A stretch of DNA of 64,000 nucleotides, from contig JBDRVQ010000004.1 of the NCBI GenBank assembly GCA_039801905.1, positions 2,332 to 66,331 of the forward strand. Reading direction: 5' to 3'. Of the stretch, positions 1 to 8,163 are shown piece by piece. The notes under the pieces are model-generated. The model saw only the letters and a list, made by a program, of their open reading frames with translations. It was not told where the DNA came from and searched no databases. The position numbers and the translations under genes are program-made. Within the stretch, counting starts at the first letter, position 1. Each line of letters starts with the position of its first letter. The stretch is from a candidate division WOR-3 bacterium (GTDB lineage Bacteria; Hydrothermota; Tepidihabitantia; Tepidihabitantales; JBDRVQ01).

Positions 1-1
1 G

Positions 2-607
2 GCATTTGGGCGGGGGGAGGATATCCACACCGCAACCGCCAAGGCGATTTTTAAGAGGGAGGAGATTGATGAGAATTTAAGGAGGATGGCGAAGGCGGTC
101 AATTACGGTATAATTTACGGGATGAGTGAGTTTGGTCTGGCGGAAGGGATGAAGATTAGTCGGGAGGAGGCGAAGAGATTTATGGAGGAATACTTTAACC
201 TCTATCCCAAGATAAAAGATTGGCGAGAGAAGATAATTAGGGAGACAAAAGAAAGGGGCTATACCAGAACCCTTTTCGGCCGGATGAGACCCATCTCGGA
301 GATTTTTTCTAATAATAAGACGGAACAAGAACTGGGACAGAGGTTGGCGATAAATTCTACGGTTCAGGGTTCGGCGGCGGATATTATTAAGAAGGCGATG
401 GTTGAGATTTACGAGGAATTGAAGGCAAGAAGATTTCGGGGCGGGATATTGGTTCAGGTGCACGACGAACTCCTTTTTGAGATTGAAGAGGAAAGGATTG
501 AGGAGGCGAAGGAAATAATTAAGGAGAAGATGGAAGGGGTGGTGAAACTAAATTGCCCCTTGGCGGTCAATATCGGTATTGGCAAAAATTGGGACTGCCA
601 CCCTTAA
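2..607 (+). CDS. polA: DNA polymerase I (family A), C-terminal fragment; the 5' end lies outside the window
   Basis: The frame is open from position 2. Family A polymerase motifs are present (DIHTATA, RRMAKAVNYGIIYGMSEFGLA, ILVQVHDELLFE). Stop TAA at 605-607. Confidence 0.9.
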   Translation, partial: AFGRGEDIHTATAKAIFKREEIDENLRRMAKAVNYGIIYGMSEFGLAEGMKISREEAKRFMEEYFNLYPKIKDWREKIIRETKERGYTRTLFGRMRPISEIFSNNKTEQELGQRLAINSTVQGSAADIIKKAMVEIYEELKARRFRGGILVQVHDELLFEIEEERIEEAKEIIKEKMEGVVKLNCPLAVNIGIGKNWDCHP

Positions 608-644
608 AATGGGCGGTTTGGGATTTTTGGAGAAGGGAGGATTT

Positions 645-1913
645 ATGTTAAAGATCTTATTTTGCTTACTATTTTTTACTTCCCTTTTTGGGGAATGGGT
701 GAAAACCACGGTCGGAAGCGGAATGGGTTGGGCATCCAGTTTGGTGATTACCCGGGGACGAAATGACGACACGAACCGGATTTATGCGGCAGGTTGGAAT
801 CGGCTTTATGAGTTCACCTGGCGGAATAATAGTTGGCAGGGTTTAGATATGGGAGTGACTTCGGGCTGGGGAGTGAGTGCGGGTATGGGAAGGAATGATG
901 GGCGGATAAGAATCTATGCCACATTTACCGTTGTCAATCCCCAATACGGTGGCGTTTACGAATATTCTTGGGAGAACGGAACCTGGCAGAGGAGTGTTGT
1001 CGCCACCTTCCCTTCCGGTCCCAGTTCTTCGGCTGGGCATGCGGTTGCCTTAGGTCCGGCAAGGAATGATGATACGATTCGGGTTTACAGTTGCGACGGC
1101 AATAACGGCCGGACCTTTGAATCAACCTGGAATGGGACAAGTTGGGTGACCAACCAGATTTTCAACTGGGCAGGAACCGATATGATTATCGCTCCGGGAC
1201 GAAATGATGGGATTTACCGAATTTATTTAACCAAGCAGGGAACGGCGATTCGGGAATATACCTGGAACGGTCAGAGTTGGGAGTATCAGGAGTTGGATAC
1301 ATTGAGGGCTTATTATGATGTTGCCGCGGGAGAAGGGAAAAACGATTCTGTTTTAAGGATCTATGCCGGTTTGGGTTCCAGTCCTTATGCGGTCTATGAA
1401 TTTACCTGGAACGGAGAGAGGTGGGAAAAGGAGCGGGTGAGAGGTTTTCCCCGGATTCCGAGGTGTGTGGTGGTGGGAGAGGCAAGGAATGACGGGAGAA
1501 AAAGGGTTTATGCCGGTGCCACGGGGATATTATCCGCTTTGGAATATACCTGGAACGGAACGGAATGGGATTCTTCTTGGGTTGATAGTTCACAAATTTC
1601 CGGTCGCACCTACGGCGATGCGATAATTGGGGACGGCCGAAATGACGGGACAAACCGGCTCTATTTTGGCTGCTCGGATGGTTATGTTTATGAGTTCACT
1701 TATTCTTCCCTGGGGATGGAAGGGGAGAAAATTAGCGGGAGAAAGGATTTTGTGAAAAGGAAAAGTCAATTCTCTTTTCCCGAAGGAGGCGGGAAGGTTT
1801 TCACAACCGCGGGACGGTTGGTGAAGGAGGTAAATGGTTTGGGGAAAGGGGTCTACTTTTTAGTAGGGGAGGAGAATGATGGGTTAAGGATAAAGAAGGT
1901 GATTTTAAGATAG
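645..1913 (+). CDS. Secreted repeat protein with seven ~50-aa repeats, probably a 7-bladed propeller, and a T9SS-type C-terminal sorting domain
   Basis: The ORF opens at 579, but the signal peptide (MLKILFCLLFFTSLFG) starts at the ATG at 645, which follows GGAGAAGGGAGG. Seven GRNDxxxRIY...TWNGxxW repeats. The C-terminus ends ...GKGVYFLVGEENDGLRIKKVILR, resembling a Por secretion tail. Confidence 0.6.
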   Translation: MLKILFCLLFFTSLFGEWVKTTVGSGMGWASSLVITRGRNDDTNRIYAAGWNRLYEFTWRNNSWQGLDMGVTSGWGVSAGMGRNDGRIRIYATFTVVNPQYGGVYEYSWENGTWQRSVVATFPSGPSSSAGHAVALGPARNDDTIRVYSCDGNNGRTFESTWNGTSWVTNQIFNWAGTDMIIAPGRNDGIYRIYLTKQGTAIREYTWNGQSWEYQELDTLRAYYDVAAGEGKNDSVLRIYAGLGSSPYAVYEFTWNGERWEKERVRGFPRIPRCVVVGEARNDGRKRVYAGATGILSALEYTWNGTEWDSSWVDSSQISGRTYGDAIIGDGRNDGTNRLYFGCSDGYVYEFTYSSLGMEGEKISGRKDFVKRKSQFSFPEGGGKVFTTAGRLVKEVNGLGKGVYFLVGEENDGLRIKKVILR

Positions 1914-1942
1914 TTGACAAAAAGAGAAAATTTTACTAAACT
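1914..1942 (+). promoter_or_regulatory. Sigma70-like promoter: TTGACA, 17-nt spacer, TAAACT, with the ATG 8 nt downstream (leaderless layout)
   Basis: ttgacaaaaagagaaaattttactaaact, then attaagtt, then the ATG at 1951. No Shine-Dalgarno sequence. Confidence 0.45.
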
Positions 1943-1950
1943 ATTAAGTT

Positions 1951-2325
1951 ATGGACAGTTTAATAAAACTTCTTCTCGCCGCACTCCTCTTCTTCAATTG
2001 TTTCTCCTATGCCCGAAAAGAAGAGAAAACTAATCCGGAAAATTTGCTCTCTCAGGAAACTGATGTCTCAGTCTTAGCAGAAAGATATTGCGAAAAGAAA
2101 AATATCTCTCAGGAACGGCTCGTCTCCTATATCCATTCTTTCATCCCGACGGTGAATACCTGGTCGGATATTAAAAAGATAAGCCCCGGAAGTTGGCCGG
2201 AGGTGGAAAAGAAGGTAGATGCTCTTTTAGCCAAAGAGGGGATGAGGCTTTTTACGGTCTTCAGCACTTGGTTTATTGGTTGGAATTTTGCCTATCTCCT
2301 CTGGCGTTTCGGGACAAAATGGTAA
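1951..2325 (+). CDS. Small secreted or membrane hypothetical protein
   Basis: 124-aa ORF with a hydrophobic N-terminal signal-like segment (LLLAALLFFNCFSYA) and a hydrophobic C-terminal tail. The start is leaderless relative to the promoter. Confidence 0.4.
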   Translation: MDSLIKLLLAALLFFNCFSYARKEEKTNPENLLSQETDVSVLAERYCEKKNISQERLVSYIHSFIPTVNTWSDIKKISPGSWPEVEKKVDALLAKEGMRLFTVFSTWFIGWNFAYLLWRFGTKW

Positions 2326-2368
2326 AAATTAACTTTTTTATTTGTCACCATAAACTTTAGGAGGCTTT

Positions 2369-3805
2369 ATGGAAAAGGAGTTAGTCACCTTAGCCTTAGA
2401 GGTGATGGATAAGGAAGGGGTCTCGTATGGTGATTGCCGGTTGGTGAGAATTGAAGAGGAGACAATTTATCAGGAGAACGGGCGGATTGCCACCTTAAAG
2501 AGAGACGAAGACCGGGGGATTGGCATTCGGGTGATTAAGAATGGTGCCTGGGGTTTTGCCGCTACTTCGCGTTTGACCAAAGGGGATGTGATAAGAACTG
2601 CCAAATTGGCAGTCCGGGTGGCGAAGGTCTCCGGTAAACTAAAGGAGAAAGATGTCATTTTGGCGCCCGCGGAGAAGGTTTCGGATACCTATACCACCCC
2701 CATCCAACGCGACCCATTTTCGTTCCCTCTGGAGGAGAAGATTAACCTTCTAATCAATTGCGATGAGATTATGAAAAAGGTGGAGGGGGTGAAGCGCCGA
2801 AGAGGGGAGTTATATTTTTATAAGAAGTTCCAAATTTTTGCCTCTACCGAAGGTTCTTTCATTGAGCAGACAATTTATCATTCCGGTGGCTACATTGAAG
2901 CCCTGGCGGTGAAAGGTAATGTCACCGGGGAGAGGTCTTATCCGGGAATGCGGGGACATTATAAAAGCGCCGGTTATGAGTTTATTGAGGGATTAAAATT
3001 TCCAGAACATGCCCTGAGGGTTGCCGAGGAGGCGGTCGCTTTAACGACCGCTCGGGATTGTCCGGAGATGGTGACCACGGTCATCCTTGATGGGTCAATG
3101 GTGGCAATTCAAGTCCATGAGACGGTTGGCCACCCAACGGAATTGGACCGGGTCTTAGGAACAGAGGTTTCCTTAGCGGGAACGAGCCATTTGACTCCGG
3201 ATAAAAAGGGGAGTTTTAAGTTTGGTAGTGAGATTGTGACAATCACCGCGGATGCGACCATCCCCGGTGGTTTGGGGACATTTGGCTATGATGACGAAGG
3301 GGTGAAGGCGAGTTCCACTTATCTGATTAAAGATGGAATTTTCACCGGTTATCTCACTTCCCGGGAAACGGCGGCGGTTTTTCAAGAGAGAAGCAACGGG
3401 ACAATGCGTGCCACTTCTTGGGCTTTTATCCCCTTAATCCGGATGACCAATATCAATCTCCTGCCCGGAAAGGGAAAATTAGAAGACCTAATTGCGGATA
3501 CGAAGGAAGGAATCTATTTTGAGTCGGCTGGCGCACCGAGTATTGACGATAAGCGATTAAATTATCATATCTCTTCGGAGGTTGGTTGGTTGATTAAAAA
3601 TGGAAAGAAGGTGGAGATGATAAGGCGGCCGGCCTATTCGGGGATTTCTTATGAGATCTGGCGGAATTGTGATGCGATATGCGGCGAAGAGGAATGGGAA
3701 GTTTGGGGTGTGCCGAACTGCGGTAAGGGTGACCCGATGCAGGTGGCTCATGTTGGTCACGGTGCCAGTCCGGCAAGATTCCGTAATATTAAAGTCGGAA
3801 AATGA
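2369..3805 (+). CDS. tldD: TldD-family metalloprotease
   Basis: 478 aa. HETVGHPTELDR HExxxH motif, the GxC...GG family architecture, and AGGAGG 8 nt upstream. Confidence 0.8.
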   Translation: MEKELVTLALEVMDKEGVSYGDCRLVRIEEETIYQENGRIATLKRDEDRGIGIRVIKNGAWGFAATSRLTKGDVIRTAKLAVRVAKVSGKLKEKDVILAPAEKVSDTYTTPIQRDPFSFPLEEKINLLINCDEIMKKVEGVKRRRGELYFYKKFQIFASTEGSFIEQTIYHSGGYIEALAVKGNVTGERSYPGMRGHYKSAGYEFIEGLKFPEHALRVAEEAVALTTARDCPEMVTTVILDGSMVAIQVHETVGHPTELDRVLGTEVSLAGTSHLTPDKKGSFKFGSEIVTITADATIPGGLGTFGYDDEGVKASSTYLIKDGIFTGYLTSRETAAVFQERSNGTMRATSWAFIPLIRMTNINLLPGKGKLEDLIADTKEGIYFESAGAPSIDDKRLNYHISSEVGWLIKNGKKVEMIRRPAYSGISYEIWRNCDAICGEEEWEVWGVPNCGKGDPMQVAHVGHGASPARFRNIKVGK

Positions 3806-3815
3806 GGGGGGAGAG

Positions 3816-5150
3816 ATGATTGACCGGATAAAAACGAAAGAATATTTAGATTTGATTATTAAGAGAAAGGATTTTGACGAGATTGAAGGGGGGCTTTATT
3901 ACTCGGAAAAAGGGACAACCCGTTTTGCCAATTCCATCATCCATCAGAATATGGTAGTGGAAGAACCTTATCTCTGGTTACGGGGAGTGGAGAAGAGAAA
4001 GGTGGCTGGAGTTTCCACCAAGGATTTCCAAAAGGAAGGGATTGAGAAGGCTCTGGTGAAATTAAAAGAGAATCTGAAAGGGATAAAACCGGATAAGGAA
4101 TTTAGGGGTTTACCAGAGCCCCCAAAAGGGATGCGGATAAAGATCACGAGAGAGCCGGAATTTATTTCCCCGGAGGAAAGGGGGAAGGCGGTAGAAAGGA
4201 TTGTTGGGGTTTGTAAAAAGTATAACCTCCAGGCATTCGGCGTGATTCACAATACCCGCATCTCTTTGGGGGTGGCGAATTCCAAAGGGATTTTTAACTA
4301 CGGAATGACGGGAATAAATTTTGTTTCGGTGACGGCAATGGGAGATTCCGCCGCTGGCTACGCGGTGGATATTAGGAAAAAGTTTTCCGAAATTGATTTT
4401 AAGGAATTGGCAGAAGTTGCCTGCGAAAAGGCTTTGCTCTCTAAGAATCCGAGAGAGATTGAGCCGGGAAGATATACTGTCCTTTTGGAAGAACCGGCGG
4501 TGGGGGAGATGCTCTCTTTCTTAGCCTGGCTGGAATTTGGTGCGAAACGTTTCCGAGAGAAGTCTTCTCTCCTTTCCAAAAAGATTGGTAAGGTAATAAC
4601 CGGCAGGAATATCACCATTTACGATGACTGGGCAGAAGAGGGAATGCCCGGTTTTGCCTTTGACTTTGAGGGTTATCCGAAAAAGCAAGTGGTCTTAATT
4701 AAAAATGGAATAGCCAAGGGAGTGGTCTTTGACTCTTTTTACGCCCAACTCCTCAAAAAGAAAAATACGGGACATTCCTTACCCCAACCTTCTCCTTGGG
4801 GACCTTTGCCGGGCAATTTAGTAATAGCAAAAGGTAAGGATAAGAAGGAGAATTTGATCAAGGAGATTGAGAAAGGGATTTTAGTGACGAGGTTTTGGTA
4901 TGTGCGGGTTGTGGATCCGGATAAGACCTTAATCACCGGCATGACCCGGGATGGGACATTTATGATTGAGAAGGGAAAGATTACCTACCCGGTTAAGAAT
5001 ATGCGGTTTGTCGTAAATATCTATGAGACCTTAAGCAAGGTGCGAAAGATTTCTTCTGAGCGGAAACTCTACGGTGAGGATATCTTCTTTGTTTTGGCAC
5101 CCGCGCTTCTGATTGACGAATTTAACTTCGCCTCCAAGACGGAATATTGA
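3816..5150 (+). CDS. pmbA: TldE/PmbA-family protein, partner of TldD
   Basis: The ORF opens at 3651 and overlaps tldD. The ATG at 3816 follows GAGGGGGGAGAG. Size and sequence are typical of the PmbA/TldE fold. Adjacent to TldD. Confidence 0.7.
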   Translation: MIDRIKTKEYLDLIIKRKDFDEIEGGLYYSEKGTTRFANSIIHQNMVVEEPYLWLRGVEKRKVAGVSTKDFQKEGIEKALVKLKENLKGIKPDKEFRGLPEPPKGMRIKITREPEFISPEERGKAVERIVGVCKKYNLQAFGVIHNTRISLGVANSKGIFNYGMTGINFVSVTAMGDSAAGYAVDIRKKFSEIDFKELAEVACEKALLSKNPREIEPGRYTVLLEEPAVGEMLSFLAWLEFGAKRFREKSSLLSKKIGKVITGRNITIYDDWAEEGMPGFAFDFEGYPKKQVVLIKNGIAKGVVFDSFYAQLLKKKNTGHSLPQPSPWGPLPGNLVIAKGKDKKENLIKEIEKGILVTRFWYVRVVDPDKTLITGMTRDGTFMIEKGKITYPVKNMRFVVNIYETLSKVRKISSERKLYGEDIFFVLAPALLIDEFNFASKTEY

Positions 5151-5166
5151 GAGAATGTTAAGACTA

Positions 5167-5194
5167 TTGACAAAAGAAAAAATTTTGCTAAAAT
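5167..5194 (+). promoter_or_regulatory. Sigma70-like promoter for the pseudopilin operon: TTGACA, 16-nt spacer, TAAAAT, with the ATG 7 nt downstream
   Basis: ttgacaaaagaaaaaattttgctaaaat, then ataagtt, then the ATG at 5202. No Shine-Dalgarno sequence. Confidence 0.5.
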
Positions 5195-5201
5195 ATAAGT
5201 T

Positions 5202-5735
5202 ATGAAAAAGAGGAAAGGGTTCACCATTTTGGAGTTAATGGTTGTCATTTTCATTCTGGGCATTCTCCTTTCTATGCAAGTCCCCAACTTCCGGCTGATA
5301 AGAGAAAGGGCAAGACAGACGGCGGTGAAGGCAAATATGCGCTATGTCCAGGTGGCGATTGAAACCTTTTTCTTAGAAAGGGGTCATTACGCGGATGATT
5401 TTTATGAGGATGGCTACGGTTATATCTTCCCGGGTGGGGTCTACGAACAAAAATTGGGAAAGTTTCCTACCAATCCTTACACCGGTCAAGAGATGACCCC
5501 AGAAGATTTTAACGAAGAGGACTACGATAGCAAAGAAGAATGTTCTGATACCCGAGAGGGTGGTCCCAACGATTTATTTGATTACGCCCCCGGTCAGATG
5601 CGCTATGGGGCATATTATCCCCCGGGGATGTCTGAGCCGTCAAATTGGGGATTAGTGGGTTTCAATGGTTTCGGCGCGAGTATTCGTTCCTACACCCCGG
5701 ATGGGGAAGTGGTGATTTTTGTCTTGCATAACTAA
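5202..5735 (+). CDS. Prepilin-type N-terminal cleavage/methylation domain protein (pseudopilin or minor pilin)
   Basis: N-terminus MKKRKGFTILELMVVIFILGIL is a class III signal with G/F cleavage and Glu at +5. Confidence 0.75.
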   Translation: MKKRKGFTILELMVVIFILGILLSMQVPNFRLIRERARQTAVKANMRYVQVAIETFFLERGHYADDFYEDGYGYIFPGGVYEQKLGKFPTNPYTGQEMTPEDFNEEDYDSKEECSDTREGGPNDLFDYAPGQMRYGAYYPPGMSEPSNWGLVGFNGFGASIRSYTPDGEVVIFVLHN

Positions 5736-5737
5736 CT

Positions 5738-6265
5738 ATGAAAAGGAAAGGGTTCACTTTGTTAGAAATTATGATCGTCATCTCCATAATTGGGACCCTC
5801 CTTGCTTTTTTCGTGCCCCCGCTCGTCTCCCGAATCCAGCAGAATGCCCGGATTACCGCGACAAAGCGGAATCTTATGGAACTGCGAAAGGCGATTGTCG
5901 GCAATCCGGAGATTATCGGCGGTGGTCAATATTTAGACTTAGGATTTAAGGGCGATGTGGGCCGTTTGCCTCGTCATTTAATTGAACTCCTTACTAACCG
6001 TCCGGATACAGTGAGAGGATTTGAATATCCAGGAAGGGAATCAATTCCGGCTTGGGACCCTTTCACTAAAAAGGGTTGGCATGGTCCTTATGTGCGGGAT
6101 GATGGCAAATTGGGTTTCTTAGAAGATGCCTGGGGTAATCCGATTCTTTATCACATCTCACCGAGTGGGGAAACGATAGGTTTAAAGAGTGCTGGTCCGG
6201 ATGGTGAGTGGTATCCACCACCAAGCGGCTCAGCCGAGAATGACGATATCATTGTCTTATTTTAA
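5738..6265 (+). CDS. Prepilin-type N-terminal cleavage/methylation domain protein (pseudopilin)
   Basis: N-terminus MKRKGFTLLEIMIVISIIGTL. Confidence 0.75.
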   Translation: MKRKGFTLLEIMIVISIIGTLLAFFVPPLVSRIQQNARITATKRNLMELRKAIVGNPEIIGGGQYLDLGFKGDVGRLPRHLIELLTNRPDTVRGFEYPGRESIPAWDPFTKKGWHGPYVRDDGKLGFLEDAWGNPILYHISPSGETIGLKSAGPDGEWYPPPSGSAENDDIIVLF

Positions 6266-6268
6266 ATA

Positions 6269-7036
6269 ATGAGGAGAGGTGTTACCCTTTTGGAACTTCT
6301 GGTGGTGATGGTGATCATTGGGATTTTGGCTACCGCTGCGGTCAGGACTTGGGATGTGACGATGGAAAAAGGTAGATATGAGGAGACCTTCCGGGAATTG
6401 GAAGAAATCTCTCGGGCGATTGTTGGTGATGAGCGGATTGTTGTTTCCGGAGAAAGGGTAGACTTCGGTTTTGTTGGTGATTGTGGGATGCTGCCGAGGA
6501 ATTTAATTGACTTAGCCCAAAGACCGGATTATGTGGATTCCGCCCTGTGGCGCGGACCCTATGTGAAACCGACCTTTGCCGAAAATCCAAGAAGTTTCCT
6601 CTTTGACGCCTGGGGCGACTCTTATATCTATATTCCGGAAAGTCTCTTCATTAGGAGTTTTGGTGGAGGAAGTGATATTGATTACCGGAGGTGGATAACC
6701 AAGAAATTCGCTACCAGAATTGGTGACCTCTTAAATAACCGAGTTGCTGGAGTTATTGAGGACGCCTTTGGTAATCGGCCCAAAAATAGTGATTTGACAC
6801 ATCTCTCCCTCTATCTCTTTTATCCCTGGCAGGGTCATACCTTAGTGGATTCTATGGAATTTGACCCTTTAAGACCGGGGGAATTTTCTTTTGAACCGGT
6901 GCCGCAGGGGAAGGTGAGATTGGTGGCGGTTTATCGGGGAAGTGTGCCATCCGATTCTATTGACCGCTACCTTACGGTCTATCCGAAGATTGGTAAGCAG
7001 GATTTGATTATTCGGTTTGGTAATGTCCTATTTTAA
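6269..7036 (+). CDS. Prepilin-type N-terminal cleavage/methylation domain protein (pseudopilin)
   Basis: N-terminus MRRGVTLLELLVVMVIIGIL. Paralog of the next gene (both share ...aatatgaggagaggYgttaccc at the start). Confidence 0.7.
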   Translation: MRRGVTLLELLVVMVIIGILATAAVRTWDVTMEKGRYEETFRELEEISRAIVGDERIVVSGERVDFGFVGDCGMLPRNLIDLAQRPDYVDSALWRGPYVKPTFAENPRSFLFDAWGDSYIYIPESLFIRSFGGGSDIDYRRWITKKFATRIGDLLNNRVAGVIEDAFGNRPKNSDLTHLSLYLFYPWQGHTLVDSMEFDPLRPGEFSFEPVPQGKVRLVAVYRGSVPSDSIDRYLTVYPKIGKQDLIIRFGNVLF

Positions 7037-7037
7037 T

Positions 7038-8138
7038 ATGAGGAGAGGCGTTACCCTTTTGGAATTAATCATTGTGATGCTCATCATTGGGGTCTTAGCG
7101 AGTGTTACCCTTTCGGCAATTGACCGGGTTCGGGAAAGAGGTCTTTTTGATGAGACGATGGCGGAGATGAAGGCGATTGTTAAGGCGATTACCGGAGATC
7201 CAGAACTATTGAGCGACGGCAAAAGGATTGATTTTGGTTATGTCGGTGACCTGGGGAAACTGCCGGATAGTTTAGGAGGTCTTATCCGTCCCGAAGGGGA
7301 ATTGTGGAAAGGTCCTTACTATAAGATTAGTTTTAGGGAAGATGAAGAGAGTTATAAGAAGGATGCCTGGGGTAGATATTACCAGTATTCCCCGGAGGAT
7401 TTAACGATAAGGAGTTTTGGTAACGGTCAAGTTACCCTCACCTACCGAATTGCCGATAGTTTATCCGACCTCTTTAATAATACCGTTTACGGTCAGGTCC
7501 TGGATCGGGAAAATACCCCACCTGGAGATTTAGCGGAAAGACTAATTTTGAAAATTACCTATCCCAGAAATGGGGAGATGAGAGAAGATTCAGTCCAGCC
7601 TAACCGGGATGGTTTTTATCAATTTAGCGGTGTACCAATTGGTAGACACTGGTTAAAACTTGTTACCCCTTATGAAACCTTGGGGAAATATGCAATAGTG
7701 ACGCCGAAGTCAAAAGTTCTCGTTGATTTTCGGGTGCCGAGATTATTTAGGGGGAACTTAATTTATCTCTCTTCGGATACCCTAACCTCCTCGGACACAG
7801 TTCTCTTTTGGGTTCATAACTGGACAAAGGATACAATTAAACTGTTTTATCTTAACGTTTTAGATGTGATGATACCCGAGACCGTAGTCTGTTATAATAA
7901 GGTCACGGCTCGGGATTCGGTTTGTTATTTGGGCGATAAGATAAAGGAGGGAGAAATTGCCCAATTTATGGGTGGTGATATTGATACCCTATTGGTCTTT
8001 CCCGAAGAGAGGTTAAAGTTTACGATCGGTAGTTTCACTGATACCTTGACGCCGCCTAATACTAAAAATATGGCAGAGAGGAGAATAAAGATTCGTTTTA
8101 GTGATGGTTCCTTAATTGATTTTAAGGTTGGGGATTAA
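7038..8138 (+). CDS. Large prepilin-type N-terminal domain protein (minor pilin-like, 366 aa)
   Basis: The ORF opens at 7017. The conserved MRRGVTLLELIIVMLIIGVL begins at the ATG at 7038. Confidence 0.65.
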   Translation: MRRGVTLLELIIVMLIIGVLASVTLSAIDRVRERGLFDETMAEMKAIVKAITGDPELLSDGKRIDFGYVGDLGKLPDSLGGLIRPEGELWKGPYYKISFREDEESYKKDAWGRYYQYSPEDLTIRSFGNGQVTLTYRIADSLSDLFNNTVYGQVLDRENTPPGDLAERLILKITYPRNGEMREDSVQPNRDGFYQFSGVPIGRHWLKLVTPYETLGKYAIVTPKSKVLVDFRVPRLFRGNLIYLSSDTLTSSDTVLFWVHNWTKDTIKLFYLNVLDVMIPETVVCYNKVTARDSVCYLGDKIKEGEIAQFMGGDIDTLLVFPEERLKFTIGSFTDTLTPPNTKNMAERRIKIRFSDGSLIDFKVGD

Positions 8139-8163
8139 TATGTTTTATTGTGGGGGAGGATAA

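Noticed and set aside
579-644. Earlier start for the propeller protein at 579
   Set aside because: It overlaps the polA stop region. The signal peptide begins at the ATG at 645, which has a ribosome-binding site.
3651-3815. N-terminal 55-aa extension of the ORF at 3651 that overlaps tldD
   Set aside because: An internal ATG at 3816 with an upstream purine-rich ribosome-binding site gives the canonical PmbA/TldE N-terminus. The extension would overlap the tldD 3' end by 155 bp.
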